The notes under the pieces were generated by a model that did not search any database, had not been told where the DNA came from, and saw nothing but the letters and a program-made list of their open reading frames with translations. The position numbers were made by a program, and so were the translations under genes. Below are positions 58,360-64,000 of a stretch of 64,000 nucleotides of DNA, piece after piece. Numbering within the stretch: position 1 is the first letter of the stretch; each line of letters opens with the position of its first letter. Source of the DNA: Labilithrix sp. (GTDB taxonomy: Bacteria; Myxococcota_A; Polyangia; Polyangiales; Polyangiaceae); the NCBI GenBank assembly GCA_026128965.1, contig JAHCIY010000002.1, positions 1,512,108 through 1,576,107 of the forward strand. Direction: 5' to 3'.

Positions 58360-58632
58360 CGTCCGCGCGGCTCCACGTCTGCGACGTCCGCGACGTCCAC
58401 TACGTCCGCGAAGCGAGCGCCCCTCCTCACGGAGCGGCGCTCGCCGCCGTTTGTGCGCGTCGCTGGAATTTTCCAAGATCGACCGGATCATCATGGTCGC
58501 GCGTGCTGAGCGGGCGGGGATCGGCGTGTGCCCGATGTAGGCACCTGGCGGGACCCCTGATTTTCGCGGATCCCCGCGGCATCTTCAGGGATCACCCTGC
58601 GTGGCATGTGGGCTGCTCACCTACCTCGCATC

Positions 58633-59973
58633 ATGAAGTCGACGGTTCGTTGGGTGGTCCTCGGTTCTCTCCTCGCGCTCGCGGCCGGCTGCGCCGCGGA
58701 GCCGGAAGGGGCGGGCGAAGAGGTGAAGGAGGAGGACTTCGCGGTCCTCCCCGTCGACAGCACCTCGTCGATCCTCTCCGCGATCGAGGTCTCGGAGGGC
58801 ATGCCCGACGTCTGCGTCGGCATGATCGGCTACTCCGAGGCCGAGCGCCCCGCCGCCTACGCGCGGCTCACCGCGGCGATCACGAGCGCGGCGAACCAGT
58901 GGAACGCGCTCCTCGTCGGCAACCCGATGTGGCGCCTCAAGGCGCGCATCTCGCCGAACTACATGCTGCAGACGACCGAGTGCACGCAGATGATGTACAC
59001 CGGCTTCAACGTCAACATCTGGAAGGACGTCGAGCGCTTCAAGAACGAGTACTGCGCGAAGTCGAACATGGCCGACGGCTGCTCCGCCGCCGCCTCGTGG
59101 CGTCGCCGCACCTTCTCGCTCGGTCCGTGGAACCGCTACCGCGAGGTCGATCCGCTCGACAGCTTCACCGTCCTCCACGAGTACGGCCATCTCCTCGGCC
59201 TCGGCGACACGTACCGCATCCTCGGCAAGAACGACTGGAGGGGCGAGCAGCCGCCGTCGGTCATGAACGGCGAGTCGGCGACGCTGACGGAAGACGACAA
59301 GCTCGGCCTCGCCGCCACGCTCCGCGCCGTGAAGACGGGCGTTCGCAGCTGCGACGGGATCGCGAAGCCGGCGCAGCTCACGTCGAACGTGTTCGGCTCG
59401 ATCCTCTGCAACCCGAAGGCGGACCCGATCTACACGCACCCGGGCCGCGAGGACGAGCCAGCGATCGCCGAGCCGCCGACGGGCCCGATCCCGGAGACCA
59501 CGCTCCGCGAGGTCTTCGACTACGAGGTCGCCGCGATCCAGCTCAACTGCCGCGCCGGCGCGGGCACGGAGCACGCGGTCGTGCAGAAGCTCCTCCAGGG
59601 CGCGGCGATCCGCTCCACCGGCCGCATCGGCTACTCGACCGAGGGCCGCCCCTGGATCCAGGTCAAGGCGAACGGCGCCACCTGCTACGCGTCCGCGAGC
59701 CTCCAGTTCATCATGCCGCAGGGCCCGATCCCGTACTCGACGATCGACGAGATCGACGACTACGCGATCTCCACCCTGCGCCTGAACTGCCGCTCGGGCC
59801 CCGGCACGGAGTACCCGGTCCTCACGGAAATGCCGATGGGCACGCGCGTCACGATCGAGCCGGACCGCGTCCGCTACTCGACCGAGGGCAACCCGTGGAT
59901 CCACATCCGCGCCAACTCCCGCGTCTGCTACGCCTCCGCGAACTTCAAGTTCCTGGTCCCGCAGGTGCTCTGA
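58633..59973 (+). CDS. secreted lipoprotein: zinc metalloprotease-like domain (HEYGHLLGLGD) with two C-terminal SH3b-like domains
   Basis: Lipobox LALAAGCAA. HExxHxxGxxD zinc-binding motif. Two repeated about 70-aa modules (LNCRAGAGTEHAVV...GRPWIQVKANGATCYASASL, then LNCRSGPGTEYPVL...GNPWIHIRANSRVCYASANF). Confidence 0.7.
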   Translation: MKSTVRWVVLGSLLALAAGCAAEPEGAGEEVKEEDFAVLPVDSTSSILSAIEVSEGMPDVCVGMIGYSEAERPAAYARLTAAITSAANQWNALLVGNPMWRLKARISPNYMLQTTECTQMMYTGFNVNIWKDVERFKNEYCAKSNMADGCSAAASWRRRTFSLGPWNRYREVDPLDSFTVLHEYGHLLGLGDTYRILGKNDWRGEQPPSVMNGESATLTEDDKLGLAATLRAVKTGVRSCDGIAKPAQLTSNVFGSILCNPKADPIYTHPGREDEPAIAEPPTGPIPETTLREVFDYEVAAIQLNCRAGAGTEHAVVQKLLQGAAIRSTGRIGYSTEGRPWIQVKANGATCYASASLQFIMPQGPIPYSTIDEIDDYAISTLRLNCRSGPGTEYPVLTEMPMGTRVTIEPDRVRYSTEGNPWIHIRANSRVCYASANFKFLVPQVL

Positions 59974-61351
59974 GCACCTCGAGCGCGCGCTCCATCACGG
60001 TGTCGACGCCGCGGGCGAGGTCCTCCGGCTCGAGCTCGACCGCGATCGTCGGCTCGGTGCCTTTGCCCTCCAGGACGGAGCCGTCGTCTTCGACGCCGAG
60101 CCATGGATCGGTGCGGACGACGACGCTCGGGAACTGGCCGACCGTGACCGTCTCGCCGCCGCCGCCGTATGCGCCGGCGGCGGGGGCGCCGAGGAGGACC
60201 GCGTCGCTCGCGAGCTTGGCCGCGCGCGCGGTGTAGTCCGCCGCGCTGATGGTGAGGCCGTCGATGAGCATCGCCACCTTGCCGTCGTAGGCGAAGACGC
60301 CGCGGGCGGGGAGGCGATACGTGTAAGGGTCACGGAACACGTTCGTGCCCGCGTGGCGGCCGCGGTAGGTGCCCGCCGCCGCGCCTGCGCGCGCACCGGG
60401 GAAGCCGGCGACGATCTCGAGGCCGAAGGGGGTCGTGCCGCCGCCGTTGTTGCGGAGGTCCCAGACGATCGCGCGCGCGTGCTTCACCTGCTCGAACGCC
60501 GCGACGAGCTCGGCGTGCATGCGCTCCTGGGCCTGCTCCATCGTCTCGCCGTCACGCTGCGGCGTGTTGAAGCTCGGGACGCGCACGACGCCGACGTCGC
60601 CTTGCATCCACGACTTCGCGACGAAGCGCGTGTCGCGGCCGAACGCGTCGCGGCACTCGAGCGGCTGCGTGACGGCGGTGACGGTCTTCGTCTCGATCGT
60701 GCCGTCGACGTGCTTCACCTCGATCTGCATCCCCGGCTTCGCGAGCGCGAAGAGCGAGGTCGCCGCGGTGTAGCGGCGGTTCGAGGGCGACGCCGAGGCC
60801 GACGTGCACATCGGTTGCTCGAGCGACGCGGTGAGCATCTCCTCGCCGCGCCGCCCGTCCACCGCGAGGACCTCGTCGCCGGCCTTCAGGATCGAGCCCG
60901 GCCCCGCGACCGACACGACGGCGTGATCGCCGTACGGCTGCGTGCACGCCGCGAGCTTCGTCGTGCTCGCGAGCGCGACGTCGCCGCCCGACCAGCACGC
61001 GTTGTCGTTCGTCCAGAAGCCGAGGTGCCCGCTCGGGTACGCGAGCGTCGCCTTGCGGAGCGCGCCGATGAACGCGGCCGGCGCCTCGGGCGCGGCGAAG
61101 AGCTCCTGCTCGAGGCGGGCGTAGAGGGCCGTCCGATCGACGCGCGCGCTCGGCGCGACGGCGGTGTTCACGTCGATCGCGTCGATCGTCGCGCGCAGCG
61201 ACTGCGCCCACGCGATCTGCTGCGGCGACGGCGCGGAGGTGAGGTCGGCGTCGGAGGCCGCGGCCTCCTCTTCCGCCGACTCCGCCGACTCCGCCGCGCA
61301 GCCGGCGAGGGCGGCGAGCCCCAGGACGAGCCCATAAGCAAAGAAGCGCAT
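59945..61351 (-). CDS. S41 family peptidase lipoprotein
   Basis: Lipobox LAALAGCAA. S41 motifs (VWDLRNNGGGT...GAPAAGAYGGG). Confidence 0.75.
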   Translation of the reverse strand: MRFFAYGLVLGLAALAGCAAESAESAEEEAAASDADLTSAPSPQQIAWAQSLRATIDAIDVNTAVAPSARVDRTALYARLEQELFAAPEAPAAFIGALRKATLAYPSGHLGFWTNDNACWSGGDVALASTTKLAACTQPYGDHAVVSVAGPGSILKAGDEVLAVDGRRGEEMLTASLEQPMCTSASASPSNRRYTAATSLFALAKPGMQIEVKHVDGTIETKTVTAVTQPLECRDAFGRDTRFVAKSWMQGDVGVVRVPSFNTPQRDGETMEQAQERMHAELVAAFEQVKHARAIVWDLRNNGGGTTPFGLEIVAGFPGARAGAAAGTYRGRHAGTNVFRDPYTYRLPARGVFAYDGKVAMLIDGLTISAADYTARAAKLASDAVLLGAPAAGAYGGGGETVTVGQFPSVVVRTDPWLGVEDDGSVLEGKGTEPTIAVELEPEDLARGVDTVMERALEVLRAPAGPGT

Positions 61352-61396
61352 GCGCCGGGGTCTAGCGCACGGCGGCCGGCGCGCCAGGCGCGCGCT

Positions 61397-62506
<1,110 letters not shown>

Positions 62507-62550
62507 GCGGCCCAGTCTCGCGCGACCCGGCCTCCGCGGACAAGAGTCGC

Positions 62551-62952
62551 TTGGATCCGGCCGCCACTCGGCTTAGGTTCGGGCGCGTGGCCAGCGAGAC
62601 TTTCCACGAACGCTTCGAAGACCTGACGCCGGAGACGCGCGACATGCACCGCGCGATCACCTCCTTGATGGAGGAGCTCGAGGCGGTCGACTGGTACCAG
62701 CAGCGCGTCGACGCGACGACGGACGAGGAGCTCAAGGCGATCCTCGGCCACAACCGCGACGAGGAGATCGAGCACGCGATGATGGTGCTCGAGTGGATCC
62801 GCCGCCGGAACCCGACCTTCGACGCGAACGCGAAGACGTACCTCTTCTCGGAGGGACCGATCACCGAGGTCGAAGACGCGGCGACGGAAGGCGAAGGCGA
62901 GCCGGAGCAGCCCGACGACGGCTCGCTCGGCATCGGCAGCCTCAAGACCTGA
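62551..62952 (+). CDS. encapsulated ferritin-like protein (EncFtn/Flp cargo) with C-terminal encapsulin targeting peptide
   Basis: Ferritin-like ExxH motifs (EELEAVDWYQQR, EEIEHAMMVLEW). The C-terminus DGSLGIGSLKT matches the family-1 cargo-loading peptide. An alternative GTG start at 62587 is possible. Confidence 0.8.
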   Translation: MDPAATRLRFGRVASETFHERFEDLTPETRDMHRAITSLMEELEAVDWYQQRVDATTDEELKAILGHNRDEEIEHAMMVLEWIRRRNPTFDANAKTYLFSEGPITEVEDAATEGEGEPEQPDDGSLGIGSLKT

Positions 62953-62966
62953 TCAGGAAAGACAAA

Positions 62967-63791
62967 GTGGACCTCCTCAAGCGCAAGCTCGCCCCGATCC
63001 TCCCCGAAGCCTGGAAGCTCATCGACGAGGAGGCCACGCGCGTCCTCAAGCTCCACCTCGCCGGCCGCAAGATCGTCGACTTCGACGGCCCGAAGGGCTG
63101 GCGCAAGGCGGCGGTGTCGACCGGCCGCCTCGAGCTCCTCGACGACGAGTCGCTCGGGTCCGACGTCGGCCTCGGCATCCGCGAGGTGCAGCCGCTCATC
63201 GAGGTGCGGATCCCGATCAAGCTGTCGATCATGGAGCTCGACACGGTCGCCCGCGGCGCGGACGATCCCGATCTCGAGCCGGTCGTCCGCGCGGCGGAGA
63301 AGATCGCGGCGGTCGAGAACCGCGCGATCTTCCACGGCCTCGCGACCGCGCACATGCACGGCATCCTCGAGTCGAGCCCGCACCCGACGTTCCCGCTCCA
63401 CAACGACGCGACGGACCTTCCGCGCGCGATCCTCGGCGCGAAGGACGTGCTGCGGAAGGCGGGCGTGAACGGCCCCTACGCGCTCGTGCTCGGCCCGTAC
63501 CTCTACGATCAGGTCTACGCGACGACGGACGAGGGCTACCCGCTCGCGAAGCGCATCGAGCAGCAGCTCGTCGATCGCCCGATCATCCGCGCGGAGGGCG
63601 TCCGCGGCGCGGCGGTCGTCTCGCTCCGCGGCGGCGACTACGAGCTCACCGTCGGCCAGGACCTCTCGATCGGCTACGCGTACCACACGAAGGACGAGGT
63701 CGAGCTCTACATCACGGAGTCGTTCACCTTCCGCGTCCTCGAGCCGAGCGCCGCCGTGTGCATCGCCGCCGCCGACGTCGTGAAGGCCTGA
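62967..63791 (+). CDS. family 1 encapsulin nanocompartment shell protein
   Basis: AGGAAAG RBS plus GTG. The N-terminus DLLKRKLAPILPEAWKLIDEEA and the overall sequence match linocin M18/encapsulin. Placed 15 bp after the cargo gene. Confidence 0.85.
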   Translation: MDLLKRKLAPILPEAWKLIDEEATRVLKLHLAGRKIVDFDGPKGWRKAAVSTGRLELLDDESLGSDVGLGIREVQPLIEVRIPIKLSIMELDTVARGADDPDLEPVVRAAEKIAAVENRAIFHGLATAHMHGILESSPHPTFPLHNDATDLPRAILGAKDVLRKAGVNGPYALVLGPYLYDQVYATTDEGYPLAKRIEQQLVDRPIIRAEGVRGAAVVSLRGGDYELTVGQDLSIGYAYHTKDEVELYITESFTFRVLEPSAAVCIAAADVVKA

Positions 63792-64000
63792 AGCGCGCGC
63801 AAGCACTGAGCGCGCGGTGCGTGTCGCACCTTTCCGCCGGATCTTCCTGGTCCGCGCTGTTGCGTGGCGGTGACGCTCTCCCGGCTCCGAGCGCTCGAAA
63901 TCGCGGCCATTTTCAACGATCGTCGCCGGCATCGCTCGTGCACGAAGGGAGGCATGGCGGCCGTCGAAGTTCCCGCGCTCGGGACGATGCTCGTGAAGCG

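Overview
The window is very GC-rich (about 70% or more by eye). STAND-type Ser/Thr kinases, a TIGR02996+LRR protein, a fused ECF sigma/anti-sigma factor, and an encapsulin with ferritin-like cargo all fit a myxobacterium (Sorangiineae-like). Most of it is ordinary chromosome: a cobA/hemD fusion; a divergent pair of histidine kinases followed by two REC-HDOD-type response regulators; rpiB; aceK; an ArsR regulator with an SRPBCC partner; a SulP permease; an STPK-AAA-TPR protein; a porin; TauE/YeeE sulfur-type transporters; two S41 proteases; a YdiJ-like FAD/Fe-S oxidase; cysE; a DinB-family protein; an FAD monooxygenase; a dabB-dabA inorganic-carbon pump; an STPK-macro-domain fusion; gcvT-gcvH; metK; frmA; and an EncFtn-encapsulin pair. 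The exception is a roughly 6 kb segment inserted at the 3' end of an initiator tRNA-fMet gene (about 16.7-22.85 kb). It carries a truncated small serine recombinase, a large serine recombinase that is frameshifted and internally deleted, a C-terminal remnant of a second large serine recombinase, and an IS3 transposase fragment. Inside this decayed element sits an intact four-gene cassette whose G+C is much lower than the surroundings (about 55-60% by eye). The cassette is two translationally coupled pairs. Each pair is a small protein with a shared roughly 75-aa winged-helix-like domain followed by an effector. The first effector is a fusion of that same domain to a PNP/MTA-nucleosidase-fold domain. 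The second is a HEPN-like protein with an R-x6-H motif. I propose this cassette as an undescribed defence-like or toxin-like system. Other points of interest are a frameshifted membrane protein gene, tandem repeats with hairpins between gcvH and the kinase gene, AT-rich palindromes upstream of metK, and a clean sigma70-like promoter for the arsR operon. Many long antisense ORFs in the six-frame track are GC-frame artefacts and were ignored.
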